From Bdellovibrionota bacterium (GTDB taxonomy: Bacteria; Bdellovibrionota_C; UBA2361; OMII01), in the NCBI GenBank assembly GCA_044345405.1, contig JBIJBE010000017.1:1-64000 (forward strand): a stretch of 64,000 nucleotides of DNA, read 5' to 3'. Below, piece after piece: positions 29,008-39,533 of this stretch (its first letter is position 1; each line of letters starts with the position of its first letter). The notes beneath the pieces were generated by a model. The model did no database searches, had not been told where the DNA came from, and saw nothing but the letters and a program-made list of their open reading frames with translations. Position numbers and translations under genes: made by a program.

Positions 29008-32000
29008 CTAGGCGGCGCGGTCCGCCAGAAGCTCCGAGTGCATCGCAATTCGCTCCTTGAGCGCCGCGCCCCATGGGGTCTTCGCCGTCACTAATCCGTG
29101 CGGAACTCCCTCGTAGACGATCGTGCCTCCAGCGGCGCCCGCCTCGGGACCAAGCTCAATAACCCAATCGGATTGGGTGATCATATCGGCGTCGTGCTCA
29201 ATGACGATAACCGAATTGCCCTGGTCAACGAGAGCGTGAAGTCCTTTAAGCAGAAGATCCACATCGAGGCGATGAAGGCCAGTGGTTGGCTCATCGAGGA
29301 TGTAGAGTGTGTGCCCTTTGCGAGATTGATGCAGCTCGGAGACGAGCTTTAATCGCTGACTCTCACCACCGGAGAGGGTTGATGACGGTTGCCCAAGGGT
29401 GAGGTATCCGAGCCCAAGATCGCAGGCGAGCTTGCACACCTGATGAATCTTTCGGTGATTGATAAAGAAGGTGCGAGCCTCATCAAAGGTGAGTTGAAGA
29501 GATCGGCTGATTGAGAGGTCGCGGAACTTAACCGTATCCGCCTCAGGTGTGAAGCGGCTTCCCATACAACTTTCGCATTCCACTTTCGCCTCAGCGAGGA
29601 AGCTCATCTCAAGTGTGAGTTGTCCCTGCCCCTTACACGTTGGGCATCGTCCTTTGCCGGTGTTGTGAGAGAAGAAGCTCGGTCCCCACCCGCGAGATTT
29701 CGCCTCAAGTGTCTCGGCGAATACCTTACGAATCTCATCCCATATTCCAAGGTATGAAGCCGGAGTCGATCGCGAGGTCTTTCCGATCGGCTGTTGATCG
29801 ACGATCAGGAACCTATCGATCTTTACCGAGGTCTCAACCGAACCGTGGCGTCCGTCAAACGCCCCCTTCTTGTCAGCGCCTCCGTCGAGCGCTTCTCCGA
29901 TCACGCCGTGAACCAGGGAGCTCTTTCCGGCCCCGGACACTCCGGCGACAGTAACAAGGCTGCGCAACGGAACCGTAACATCGAGGGACTTAAGGTTGTT
30001 CTTGGTCGCCCCACGAATGGTCAGCTTCTCTTGTGAGGTAAGGATCTCTTTGTTGATATGCAGCTCTCGGGTAAGCGCCAGCCCGGTGAGTGACTTCTTT
30101 GAAGCTACGGCGTCGTTCACGGAACCTTGGAATACTATCTCGCCACCGTGGGTCCCAGCTCCTGGTCCTACATCAATGATCTCCTCAGCCGCGCGAATGT
30201 TATCGATCTCGTGCTCAATTTGAATCACGGTGTTCCCGCGGTCCTTTAATTCAACGAGCTTTCCGATGAGTCTCTTGTTATCCGCGGGATGGAGCCCGGC
30301 GCTCGGCTCATCGAAGATGTAGGTAACGCCGCAGAGCGGAGAGCCGATAGCGGTGCCAAGGCGCAGTCGTTGCAACTCACCGTTGGAGAGGGTCGCGCAC
30401 TCGCGGTTAAGCGAGAGGTGGTCGAGTCCAAGATGAGTAAGGGTATCGAGCTTGCCGTTCAGCTCTTGCACAATAGGGTCCGCGATAAACGAGAGTGACG
30501 TATCCGCGGATATCTTTTTGAGCGCCTTTCGCAGATGAACGGAGGAGAGCGCCGTAAGTTCAAAGATGTTCTTGTCGAGGAGGCGGATATTTCGCCCGAT
30601 CTCGTTGATGCGAGAGCCGTTACACGTTGGACATACCTTGTTTCGAACGCTTCCGTAGCCATCACACTTAGGACATCGTCCTCGTCGCGAGTTGAAGGAG
30701 AGATCCTCGGGGTCAGGTTTAAAGAACCCGCGCTGACAGATACGGCATGTTCGTTCCGAACTGAACACGCGTTCTCCTGTCGGGCCGACTACAATCACCG
30801 TGCCGCCACCGATACTGAGCGCCTGTTGAACTCCCTCAGTGATGAGATCAACGGGCATGGTCTTGGCGTTAAAGCGAGCTGTTACGTAATCGATAGAGTG
30901 GATCTTTGTTTTGGCGAGTCCTTCGTCAACGAACTTAGAGGGGGGCGCTATCACATCATCAACCCGAACCTCAGAGATCTCAGTTTCGATCGCGCGTTGA
31001 AACACCGCGCGGTGGTGTCCCTTCTTGTTGTTAATCACTGGTGCCAAGAGGCGGATGCTTCCCGAGTAGGCGGACTTAATGTGCTGCGCTATCTGTTCCG
31101 CTGAAAGGGGGGAGATCGACTCCTCAGGGTGATCGGGGCAGTACTGAATACCGATCTTAGCGAAGAGGAGACGTAGGAAATTATACACCTCGCTCATCGT
31201 TGAGACGGTTGAGAGCGCCGAGGGCTGGAAGGTGTGCTGGTACACACAGATAGTTGGTTGAACGTGGGAGATGTCATCGATCGCGGGCTTCTTCAACTCT
31301 TTGATGAATTGGCGAGCGTAGGGAGAGAGACAATCGAGGTATCGTCGTTGGCCCTCAGCATAGAGGATATCCTTCGCGATAGTTGACTTACCCGAACCCG
31401 ACACACCGGTGAGGGTTATGAGTGAATTAAGCGGGATTGAGACGTTAATATCTTTAAGATTGTGCTCCTTCGCTCCTCGGATGTGGATGTGGGTCGCGGG
31501 AGTTTTTGCTGCGCGCTTGTTCGGTCGAGCTTTGCTCTTCGTTGCTCGAGTCTTTTGAGGCCGAGCGTACTGCTTCGCGAACTGCGCGAGGTAGTGCGCC
31601 GTGAGGCTCTTTCGACCTGTGGCGCCGATCGGATCTCTGACGAACTCAGCGGGCGTGCCAACTTTCATAATCTCACCACCCTTAGTGCCACCTTCGGGAC
31701 CAAGGTCGATGACCCAATCGGCGGCGGCGATGAGGCGCAGGTTGTGCTCAACGCAAAAAATAGAGTGTCCTTGCTGCCTGAGATAGTGGAAGAGTTCAAT
31801 CAAGCGCTCGACATCCCGCACGTGGAGTCCCGTGGTTGGCTCATCAAAGAGAAAGAGCGAGGTGCCTCGTGACCCTTCCATAATGTGAGGGACAAGCTTC
31901 AAGCGCTGCGCCTCTCCACCGGAGAGGTCGCTCAACGGGTGCCCGAGGGTTATGTGCCCAAGTCCAAGCTGCGAGAGTACTTTGCAGACGCTTGAGATGA

Positions 32001-34392
32001 GGAGGTCCTTATCGAAGAATTCGCGACAGGCGTCGACGCTCATCGAGAGGATCTCGTGGACGTTTCGTCCATGGTACTTTACTTCAAGAACTGAGGCTTG
32101 AAAGCGCATCCCGAGGCACGACTCGCACTCCATGAAGACGTCGCTGAGGAACTGCATATCCTCACGAATGAATCCGGCGCCCTCACACGCGGGACACCGC
32201 CCGCCCGCGACGTTAAACGAGAAAGATGACTTGGAGAGCCCGCGGGCTTTGGCTTCATCGGTTGAAGCTAACAGGTCTCGGACGCGGTCCCACATCTTCG
32301 TGTAGGTGGCGATATTGGCGCGTGGTGTTTTTGAAAGTGGGGACTGATCGATGAGGAGGACCTGTCGGACGTGGTGGAATCCAGTGACCTGCGCGTCGAC
32401 CGTGCTCTCGCCTGGAATGACACCGGTGTACAGTTCGTAGGCGTTTTCGATTACCTCTTTCAGGAGTGAGCTCTTTCCGCTACCCGAAACACCCGTGAGG
32501 CATACGAACGATTCGAGCGGAATATCGACCGCGAGAGACTTTAAATTTCTATTGCGAGCGTTTCGAATCTCAAGTCGCTTCGCGAAGAGTGGTGGCGAGT
32601 CGTTTAAGTCAAATGGCCGCATCCCCAGCCCCTGCCACTCCTCTTGAGGGCCGCAGAAGGTAACCTCGCCACCTTTCTCGCCCGCCTCAGGCCCTAGCTC
32701 AACGATGGTATCGGCAGCCTCAAGGCAATCGGGATCGTGCTCTACGACCGTGAGAGAGTTGCCACGGTCGGTGAGATCATGGAGCGCTTTAATAAGCTCC
32801 TCTGTGTCACGGGCGTGGAGACCAACAGAGGGCTCGTCCAACACGAAGTGGGTTGAGATGAGATTGCTTCCAACCGCGGATACAAGATTTACTCTTTGCG
32901 TCTCACCGCCGGAGAGTGTGCGAGAGAGTCGATCGAGGGAGAGGTAGGGGAGCCCAAGCGACACGAGGTAGTCCAGTCGACTCGAGATATTTTTAAACAC
33001 CTCCGCTAACTGTCGTGGGAGGCGCTTCGCTTCCTTTAAGGATTTTTGAAGTGAGGTGAACCACGGCGAGAGTTCGTCGAGGGGCATCGAGGAGACCTCG
33101 GCAATCGTTCTCCCATCGATCTTATAGGCGAGGGCGTCCGATTTAAGGCGGGTGCCTCCACAAACGGAGCATTCAACCTGCCCCCGATATCGGGCGAGGA
33201 AGACGCGCACGTGCATCTTGTACTTCTTTCGCTCTAGCCACTGAAACCACGGATTGATGCCGATGTAGGTCCGGGACTTGTGGTTAAAGATCTGATCCTG
33301 TTGCTCCTTTGAGAGCGATGCCCACGGCGCGTCGATCGGGATCCCCTCGCTCTTACAAAAGGAGAGGAGCCTTCGATGCTCATCAGAAGCGGAAGGCCCC
33401 TTCCAACACTCAACAGCGTAGCTCGCGATAGACTTGCTATGGTCAGGTACGCACTTGTGAGGATCGATAACGAGCACCTTCCCGAACCCGTTACACTCGG
33501 GGCACGCTCCGATCGGGTGATTGTAGGAGAAGAGTGAGGGGCGAGGACGCTCAATCGAAACCTCCCCATCGCCGCAGTGATAGGTGTTCTTAAAGATGTG
33601 GGTCTCGTAGCGTTGATGTGGTTCGTGCGCGGTACCGGAAACCGGAACGCGAAGCCACGGGCGAGCGGAGCGAGTTCGTACCTCGATCGCCTCTACGGTG
33701 CCGTTTCCTAACGCGAAACATTGCTCGAGGGATTCTCTGACCCGCTCAGGTGTGAATGAGGAGCTCGAACAACGGTCGAGAATGATCGAGACCTCCTTGA
33801 GCTTCTTAAGGGGAGGGGTATCCTCAAGATTCTCCAGGTTGCCCTTCTTTTTATCAAAGTACCGTGAGTATCCGAGCATCTGGAGTCGCTCGAGGACCTC
33901 TTTTGAGTTCTTAACCTTGAGACCCAGGAGAAAGGTGGAATCTCGTTTCGTCTCGACCCATTTCGCAAGGAGCGAGGTGAGGGACGAGGCATCCCACCGA
34001 GAGAGCTCAAGACCACACTCTGGACACACCGGTGTCGCGACGTTGCTCCACACAATTTTAAGAAAATCGTTGATGTCGGTCATCGAGCCGACCGTGGACC
34101 GAGAGTTGACGATCCGTGTGCGTTGTTGAATGGCGATGGCTGGTCGAACGTTCTCGATCAGGTCCACCTTGGGACGTTTGACCTTATCAAAGAATTGCCT
34201 GGTGTAAGGAGAGAAGGTTTCGATGTACCGCCGTTGTCCCTCAGCGTATATAGTGTCGAAGGCGAGCGATGATTTACCAGAGCCGGAGAGTCCGGTTATC
34301 CCGACAAACGTATCGTGTGGCAGGTCGAGGTTGAGAGCTTTAAGATTGTTCTCTCGGGCCTGTCGTATGGTGAGTTTTGAGCGAGACGACAT
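29008..34392 (-). CDS. uvrA: Double-length (tandem fused) excinuclease ABC subunit UvrA
   Basis: Two UvrA modules (each with YAEGQRRY); four Walker A ([16 protein letters not shown] x2, GVSGAGKS), four ABC signatures, CxxC zinc fingers; 1794 aa. Confidence 0.95.
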   Translation of the reverse strand: MSSRSKLTIRQARENNLKALNLDLPHDTFVGITGLSGSGKSSLAFDTIYAEGQRRYIETFSPYTRQFFDKVKRPKVDLIENVRPAIAIQQRTRIVNSRSTVGSMTDINDFLKIVWSNVATPVCPECGLELSRWDASSLTSLLAKWVETKRDSTFLLGLKVKNSKEVLERLQMLGYSRYFDKKKGNLENLEDTPPLKKLKEVSIILDRCSSSSFTPERVRESLEQCFALGNGTVEAIEVRTRSARPWLRVPVSGTAHEPHQRYETHIFKNTYHCGDGEVSIERPRPSLFSYNHPIGACPECNGFGKVLVIDPHKCVPDHSKSIASYAVECWKGPSASDEHRRLLSFCKSEGIPIDAPWASLSKEQQDQIFNHKSRTYIGINPWFQWLERKKYKMHVRVFLARYRGQVECSVCGGTRLKSDALAYKIDGRTIAEVSSMPLDELSPWFTSLQKSLKEAKRLPRQLAEVFKNISSRLDYLVSLGLPYLSLDRLSRTLSGGETQRVNLVSAVGSNLISTHFVLDEPSVGLHARDTEELIKALHDLTDRGNSLTVVEHDPDCLEAADTIVELGPEAGEKGGEVTFCGPQEEWQGLGMRPFDLNDSPPLFAKRLEIRNARNRNLKSLAVDIPLESFVCLTGVSGSGKSSLLKEVIENAYELYTGVIPGESTVDAQVTGFHHVRQVLLIDQSPLSKTPRANIATYTKMWDRVRDLLASTDEAKARGLSKSSFSFNVAGGRCPACEGAGFIREDMQFLSDVFMECESCLGMRFQASVLEVKYHGRNVHEILSMSVDACREFFDKDLLISSVCKVLSQLGLGHITLGHPLSDLSGGEAQRLKLVPHIMEGSRGTSLFLFDEPTTGLHVRDVERLIELFHYLRQQGHSIFCVEHNLRLIAAADWVIDLGPEGGTKGGEIMKVGTPAEFVRDPIGATGRKSLTAHYLAQFAKQYARPQKTRATKSKARPNKRAAKTPATHIHIRGAKEHNLKDINVSIPLNSLITLTGVSGSGKSTIAKDILYAEGQRRYLDCLSPYARQFIKELKKPAIDDISHVQPTICVYQHTFQPSALSTVSTMSEVYNFLRLLFAKIGIQYCPDHPEESISPLSAEQIAQHIKSAYSGSIRLLAPVINNKKGHHRAVFQRAIETEISEVRVDDVIAPPSKFVDEGLAKTKIHSIDYVTARFNAKTMPVDLITEGVQQALSIGGGTVIVVGPTGERVFSSERTCRICQRGFFKPDPEDLSFNSRRGRCPKCDGYGSVRNKVCPTCNGSRINEIGRNIRLLDKNIFELTALSSVHLRKALKKISADTSLSFIADPIVQELNGKLDTLTHLGLDHLSLNRECATLSNGELQRLRLGTAIGSPLCGVTYIFDEPSAGLHPADNKRLIGKLVELKDRGNTVIQIEHEIDNIRAAEEIIDVGPGAGTHGGEIVFQGSVNDAVASKKSLTGLALTRELHINKEILTSQEKLTIRGATKNNLKSLDVTVPLRSLVTVAGVSGAGKSSLVHGVIGEALDGGADKKGAFDGRHGSVETSVKIDRFLIVDQQPIGKTSRSTPASYLGIWDEIRKVFAETLEAKSRGWGPSFFSHNTGKGRCPTCKGQGQLTLEMSFLAEAKVECESCMGSRFTPEADTVKFRDLSISRSLQLTFDEARTFFINHRKIHQVCKLACDLGLGYLTLGQPSSTLSGGESQRLKLVSELHQSRKGHTLYILDEPTTGLHRLDVDLLLKGLHALVDQGNSVIVIEHDADMITQSDWVIELGPEAGAAGGTIVYEGVPHGLVTAKTPWGAALKERIAMHSELLADRAA

Positions 34393-34457
34393 ACGCGCAA
34401 TCTAACTCGCGAAGAGCACTCGCCGCAACGATTCGAGGCCCTTTTACGATAAAAGTG

Positions 34458-35690
34458 ATGCGCATGGTTTCGAGGCACATATTCAACAGTTCGCTGAAGG
34501 TGCTTACACCTGTCTTCCGGGTACCTATGGGATTGGCGGCAGTGTTGTGCCTCTTGATGGGACCGATCGCGACGGCCGAGCCACATATGTGCGGTATAAC
34601 TGAGAGCGCGCTTAAGGAAGCCGCGAAGCTCCGCGCGCTTTCCCCGAAACATCCGGTCCCATGTGTTGTGCGTTCGCGTCCGGAGATCGAGGTGTTTCTT
34701 CGAGACACCATCGCTAAGAAGTTTCCGAAGGAGACCTTGGCGATGGAGCAGCTTTGGTACCAAGCTATTGGTATCGTGCCGGATGACTACCCCTACGAGA
34801 AAGAGATTGTGCAGGCTTATGTGCAGCAAATCGGTGGCTATTACGATCCTGACAGGAAGGAGTTCGTGATGCTCGATTCTATGCCCGAAAAGCTTCAAGT
34901 TCCGGTAGCTGTTCATGAGCTCATCCATGCGTTGCAGGACCAGAAGTTCGGGCTCTCTCACTTTCTTGATCCTAAGGAGCGAGAGAGCGACGATCTCATG
35001 GCTCGAGCCGCTCTCGTTGAGGGGGACGCTACCGCAATCATGCAGGAATTTATGACCAGCAAATCGAGCAGGTCGCCAAAAGGTCTTTCAGAGGTCACCT
35101 TGCCAGAGTCCGTCGCCAAGATTCCTGAAGCCTTGGAGCGAATCCTGCTTTTTCCCTATCTTGACGGCCTAACGTTTGTTCGTCACGTGCAACGGTTCGG
35201 TGGGATTTCGGCCATAAACGCGGCTTTTTCTAATCCGCCCAAGACATCTCGAGAGGTTCTCCATCCAGAGCAGTATGTGCATCGCTCGTTCAAGCCAGAG
35301 GAGCTTCCGCGCGAGGATGTTGAACGCCCCATTGAAAAGGCCTCCCCCATCTACGCCGATACGGTGGGAGAGTTCGCGGTGTCCGCGCTCTTAAGTACCG
35401 CCTTGTCATCGAAGCACAGGGGCGCCGCATGCGCGGAAGGATGGCGAAGGGATAGAGTTATAATCTTTAAGGGAGATAGCGATACGAGATTCGTCTCGTG
35501 GATGAGTGAGTGGGATTCTAAGGATGAATCGACCGAATTCTATGAGTGTTATCGGGAGATGATAAAGGCTCGGTATCAAAAAGATGTTGGCGGCGAGTTT
35601 GTTTCCGTTTCTCCCGCAAAAGCTATCAAGATATCTCGCTCCGAACGTCGGGTGTCGGTGTTGGTAGCGCTCGGTTCAAGCGCTAAGTAA
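34458..35690 (+). CDS. Secreted zincin-type metallopeptidase
   Basis: GGYYDP, AVHELIHALQDQ (HEXXH), ALVEGDAT, FPYLDG, EVLHPEQY; start uncertain (34458/34464/34527). Confidence 0.8.
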   Translation: MRMVSRHIFNSSLKVLTPVFRVPMGLAAVLCLLMGPIATAEPHMCGITESALKEAAKLRALSPKHPVPCVVRSRPEIEVFLRDTIAKKFPKETLAMEQLWYQAIGIVPDDYPYEKEIVQAYVQQIGGYYDPDRKEFVMLDSMPEKLQVPVAVHELIHALQDQKFGLSHFLDPKERESDDLMARAALVEGDATAIMQEFMTSKSSRSPKGLSEVTLPESVAKIPEALERILLFPYLDGLTFVRHVQRFGGISAINAAFSNPPKTSREVLHPEQYVHRSFKPEELPREDVERPIEKASPIYADTVGEFAVSALLSTALSSKHRGAACAEGWRRDRVIIFKGDSDTRFVSWMSEWDSKDESTEFYECYREMIKARYQKDVGGEFVSVSPAKAIKISRSERRVSVLVALGSSAK

Positions 35691-35776
35691 ACGGTTCTCA
35701 CAAGGAGGGGGCTATGCTTCTCTTTATCTCCCTTGAGCGATACATGGTGACGGACGTAGTTACTCCGCACGCTCGA

Positions 35777-36010
35777 CTAATCTAGCAACGTATTGAAACC
35801 TATCCGAGCCTTCCTTTTTGGTAGGCGAAGCTCTCCGAGAGGGTGCCTATCGTTATTGGGTTCCGTTGAGGTGTTTGCCGCGTCGATAGGTACGGGAGGT
35901 GACGGTGAGTAGCGAGGTGAGGGCTCTAACATATCGGACCAAAGTCCGTAGATGTCGCTATCTTGCCCGATTGGAGCAGGAGCTGCTGAGAGCGTTTTTT
36001 GTGTATTCAT
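35777..36010 (-). CDS. Small Pro-rich hypothetical protein
   Basis: ATG preceded by GGGAGAGGA RBS; 77 aa. Confidence 0.5.
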   Translation of the reverse strand: MNTQKTLSAAPAPIGQDSDIYGLWSDMLEPSPRYSPSPPVPIDAANTSTEPNNDRHPLGELRLPKRKARIGFNTLLD

Positions 36011-36102
36011 GATGTAGTCCTCTCCCTGTGGTTAGGAAACCGTAGCATGGAAAGCTTATTTCAAAGTCTCGGATAGTAGCGACGGATTGATAAATGCGGC
36101 AA

Positions 36103-36142
36103 TGAAAGGGGGGAAAGGGGGCCGTCCCCTTTCCCCACTTTC
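36103..36142. repeat. GC-rich palindrome (REP-like or terminator-like)
   Basis: GAAAGGGGGGAAAGGGG-GCCGT-CCCCTTTCCCCACTTTC. Confidence 0.5.
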
Positions 36143-36365
36143 TGACGCCCGAAGTTGCCATCTCAAGACGCACGGACACCTGCACAAGTCGACAGGGCTA
36201 GAAAGGAAAGTCGCTCATAGAGGGCTGCAACACGAAAAAGGCAGATAGTCATGACTGACACACATTTCCCTTCGTAGGTGGGGAAAATTTCATAAAGCCC
36301 GCGCAACTTTCGCCGCGCGCTACCGATTGTCAGCCATCACCCGTTAATAATCTTCGGAGTCCCTT

Positions 36366-37271
36366 ATGAATACCGTATTCACCGTCACTACTCTCTTTTC
36401 ACTCCTGCTCAGCTTCGCGCGCTCTCCGGTAAGTCTTGATGTCGAACGCACGGTCTCAAAGCGGGAGATGCAGCTCATCTTAGCGGCCTTTGAGGTGGAT
36501 GGCCCGGGGATGACAAAGCAGGAAGCGGAGTTCGCTCGCGCGGCTTTGTTTAAGGCACGCCGCTCCTTGAGCCCTGAGGCGCAATCAGCGGCCGATCTAT
36601 GGCTCGCGAAATCAACGAGTGCCGAGAGCGTTAAGTCACTACCCGTGCGTAGGGTTGAGGCATTTCGCCTTACCTCTGCTTGGTTGCGTGAGATGCGCGG
36701 AACCCAGAGATTGACCGAAGGCGATGCTGGCCTCTTGCTCTCCATACTCGGCTCTAAGCCGAATCCGGTTCGTGCCTATGAGCTGTCCCTGTGGGCTGCT
36801 CGTGAGCCGCTCACCTCTGATGCCAGGGTCGCGGTTGAGCGCTGGATAGCTCGGAGCATCCCTGACTATGGAAACATCCCAGTGGTAAGGGTCATTTCGC
36901 CCGCTATCGAGGGGCTTCAGTGGATGAGCGAGTCTGATTTTCCGATAGGGGTAGTGTGTTTTCCAAAGACTCATCTCTGGCCCCTTACCAAGGCGCAGAT
37001 GCAGAGGCAACTTGGGGAGCCACCTGCGGTGCCAAGCACCGTGAGGTCGATAAGTCAGCTCTTTGGTTGGGTCTCAACGGCGTTACTGGATAGCGATGCG
37101 GCAGAGAGAGCGCGTGCGAAGCGCTTTGATACACTCCGTCGCGTCCTTCAGGAGAACCTTACGTCGATAAGGGCCTACACCTTTGGAGAGATCGACCAGG
37201 ATCTCTTGATTCTCGGAGAATCCAAGGAGAACAGGATATGTGGTATCGTTACTCGGGTTGTGGAGACCTAG
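36366..37271 (+). CDS. Nuclease A inhibitor (NuiA)-family domain protein with N-terminal signal/helical extension
   Basis: C-terminal domain EGLQWMSESDFPI ... GEIDQDLLILG...GIVTRVVET matches the NuiA pattern; hydrophobic N-terminus. Confidence 0.75.
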   Translation: MNTVFTVTTLFSLLLSFARSPVSLDVERTVSKREMQLILAAFEVDGPGMTKQEAEFARAALFKARRSLSPEAQSAADLWLAKSTSAESVKSLPVRRVEAFRLTSAWLREMRGTQRLTEGDAGLLLSILGSKPNPVRAYELSLWAAREPLTSDARVAVERWIARSIPDYGNIPVVRVISPAIEGLQWMSESDFPIGVVCFPKTHLWPLTKAQMQRQLGEPPAVPSTVRSISQLFGWVSTALLDSDAAERARAKRFDTLRRVLQENLTSIRAYTFGEIDQDLLILGESKENRICGIVTRVVET

Positions 37272-37362
37272 GGACGCGAGGCAAAACCTCCTATTCTCCC
37301 TCGTTAACGTGCTCGAGAACGTGACCGTACTCGAACCTCAAACTAAAAATCCCCAAGGCCTT

Positions 37363-37414
37363 TGGTGCACCCTACTTTATCGGATCGCCTATCCTCAAAA
37401 AGTAGGGTGTGCCA
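37363..37414. repeat. Inverted-repeat mini element
   Basis: TGGTGCACCCTACTTT-N20-AAAGTAGGGTGTGCCA. Confidence 0.65.
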
Positions 37415-37463
37415 GGGGGCATGACCGGGGCATTCTCGCCTCCGCTTGATCCCCTTGTTAGCC
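37413..37463 (-). other. attC site, truncated at R'
   Basis: Minus strand GGCTAAC-AAGGGGATCAAGCGGAGGC-GAGAAT-GCCCCGGTCATGCCCCCT then runs into the IR element. Confidence 0.6.
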
Positions 37464-37519
37464 TATGACGAAACATTTTCGTAGATCTCCCGATATCTCC
37501 ATTGTTTGGAGAAGCTACC

Positions 37520-38008
37520 GTGACCGATCGAATTGAATCTCTCATTTACATTATCCGAGAGGAGCGGGTGATGATGGATCAGGATTTAGCAGCGCTCTAT
37601 GAAGTTGAGACCAAGGCTCTCGTCCAAGCTGTTCAACGAAACATTAAGCGATTTCCCCCTGATTTTATGTTTCAGTTATCCTTTCAGGAGTTTACAGCTT
37701 TGAGGTCACAAATTGTGACCTCAAAGGGGCGAGGAGGACGGCGAACAGCCCCGTACGCATTCACCGAACATGGCGTCGCTATGCTCTCAAGTGTGCTGCG
37801 GAGCGAGCGTGCAGTGGAGATAAACATCCAAGTCATATGAGCATTTGTCAAACTTCGACAACTTGTCGCCTCAAATGCAGAGTTGACCGGCCGATTGAAA
37901 CGTCTCGAGCAAAACTATGATGCGCAATTCAAGGTCGTTTTCGACGCGATCCGGCAGCTCATGAGCGAAACGACACACGTGCCACCGAAGAGAAGAATCG
38001 GATTCTAG
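37520..38008 (+). pseudogene. ORF6N-domain DNA-binding protein with internal nonsense codon
   Basis: [50 protein letters not shown]; in-frame TGA at 37838-37840 where I-R-AFV is expected; frame continues AFVKLRQ...KRRIGF to TAG 38008. Confidence 0.85.
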
Positions 38009-38010
38009 AA

Positions 38011-38217
38011 TTATCGAGATGGGCGCTCCTCCGAAAGCGCTCGCAGAATCGAGAGTAACCATGGGGAGAGAAAAAATCCCGTCGGCGGCACCAGCGCGTC
38101 TATGAGTGGGCGATCGGAAACAATGACTACCAACACGAAAATCATAGTCACATAGGCGATACCCGTGATGGAGAGCCACCGCTCACGGCTTGTCTCCCAT
38201 GCCTTATTCGACTCCAC
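38011..38217 (-). CDS. Small hypothetical membrane ORF (possible cassette remnant)
   Basis: 68 aa, GTG start, hydrophobic segments; lies inside the array. Confidence 0.3.
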   Translation of the reverse strand: MESNKAWETSRERWLSITGIAYVTMIFVLVVIVSDRPLIDALVPPTGFFLSPWLLSILRALSEERPSR

Positions 38218-38341
38218 TCGTTAATTGCGATTGCATATAGCGGTAAGTTCTTTCTCAACATCAGCGAGCCGCTCTAGGAGCTTGCGTCGTTCGATGGCGT
38301 CTTGCTGGACGGTTTTGTTACTGATGGGTGAGTTGCTTTGG

Positions 38342-38397
38342 GGATAACGGCGAAAATCTGCGGCGCTGCATTCGCCCGCAGGATTTGATTGTTATCC
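38342..38397 (-). other. attC site (56 bp)
   Basis: Minus strand GGATAAC-AATC-AAATC(C)TGCGG-GCG..CG-CCGCA-GATTT-TCGCC-GTTATCC, with an extra unpaired base in L''. Confidence 0.8.
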
Positions 38398-38443
38398 ACT
38401 ATTAAAGGCGAAACTTTCAATCGTTTTTCACGATTACGTATGT

Positions 38444-38950
38444 ATGGAGCACAAAATTGAATCAAAAATCATTACCATCAAGGGACAGCGCGTCATCCTC
38501 GATAGCGACTTAGCTCAGTTATATGGGGTCAGCACGATGCGTCTCAATGAACAGGTTACTCGAAATCTTCGCCGATTCCCGAGTGACTTCATGTTTTCAC
38601 TGTCGTTCCAGGAGTTTAAAGACTTGATATCGCAAAATGCGATATCAAGTTCTCGACACGGTGGGAGAAGAAAACCACCTCGATTCTTCACCGAATACGG
38701 CGCAGTAATGGCAGCCAATGTGCTGAATAGTGATGTCGCGATTGATGCGAGCATCATGATAGTCAGAGTGTTTATAAGATTAAAAGCAATCGCGCAGGAA
38801 CACGCAGACCTCAAAGCCAGGTTGCAGATGTTGGAGCAGAGGGTTGCCAAGGGATTTTCCGAGCATGCCGAGGAGCTTCAAGAAATTAGATTTGCGCTAG
38901 CAAAACTTGAGGAGCCACCGGAACCTCGGAAGAGGCGGCTCGGATTCTAG
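38444..38950 (+). CDS. ORF6N-domain DNA-binding protein
   Basis: IKGQRVILDSDLAQLYGV, RNLRRFPSDFMF, FTEYGAVMAANVLNS, C-terminal coiled coil and RRLGF. Confidence 0.92.
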   Translation: MEHKIESKIITIKGQRVILDSDLAQLYGVSTMRLNEQVTRNLRRFPSDFMFSLSFQEFKDLISQNAISSSRHGGRRKPPRFFTEYGAVMAANVLNSDVAIDASIMIVRVFIRLKAIAQEHADLKARLQMLEQRVAKGFSEHAEELQEIRFALAKLEEPPEPRKRRLGF

Positions 38951-39048
38951 AATTAGGTGAAGGTTTGCGCGGCGAGTTTCGCACAAGAACCTACCTAGTC
39001 AAAAAGGATATCTAAAGGAGCAAAATCCTGTGCACTTAATTGTTATCC
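38951..39048 (-). other. attC site with non-canonical R'
   Basis: Minus strand GGATAAC-AATTAAGTGCACAGGATTTTGC ... GCAAACCTTCACCTAATT followed by CTAG instead of GTT. Confidence 0.55.
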
Positions 39049-39423
39049 CGCCTTCGTGTCTTGACTAAAGACATTCTTCCAGTGCCCGTCAGCGTTTTGC
39101 CAAAGAGAGCTGATATACATTTTCTCCGGCACACTATCTGAGGAGCCGTTCGCTCGCACCCAAACAGCGAGGTACAGGAGCATAACTAACGACTCAGATA
39201 AGACTAGAATTTGTGGATCTCGAATTTCGTATCGCCGCGCCAAAGGCCCGTTTCGCAGGGGCGCACAGTGAGCCTGTTTCCCGGTAAAGCCAGTCGAATA
39301 AACTCCGATAAAGTTATCTGCCAGCACTCGCGCATCAGCTTCGGCGTCTCCAGCGACAAAGGCATCCCAAACTTGGGATTCGAGAGCGATGAATTGATCA
39401 ACTGTTAATCGTTGTGGCTGCAT
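39043..39423 (-). CDS. NTF2-like/SnoaL-like (DUF4440) cassette protein
   Basis: ALESQVWDAF..GDAEAD..LADNFIG, SSLW..DGHWKNVFSQDT; stop lies in attC R''. Confidence 0.85.
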   Translation of the reverse strand: MQPQRLTVDQFIALESQVWDAFVAGDAEADARVLADNFIGVYSTGFTGKQAHCAPLRNGPLARRYEIRDPQILVLSESLVMLLYLAVWVRANGSSDSVPEKMYISSLWQNADGHWKNVFSQDTKAG

Positions 39424-39439
39424 TTTGGCTCGCGAAGTG

Positions 39440-39533
39440 GGATTACGTTTCAAACAACTTGCCGACCTTTAACTCGTCTCACTTATCACCAAGCTATTCA
39501 ATGGGTCGGCTCAGTTGCTTTGCCTGGTTATCT
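39440..39533 (-). other. attC site (94 bp), R' mutated to GTA
   Basis: Minus strand AGATAAC-CAGGCAAAGCAACTGAGCCGACC ... GGTCGGCAAGTTGTTTGAAAC-GTAATCC. Confidence 0.75.

Noticed and set aside
37838-37840. TGA recoding (alternative genetic code or selenocysteine)
   Set aside because: TGA is the normal stop of accC, mnmG and nupC here, the expected residue is Arg, and no SECIS-like hairpin is evident
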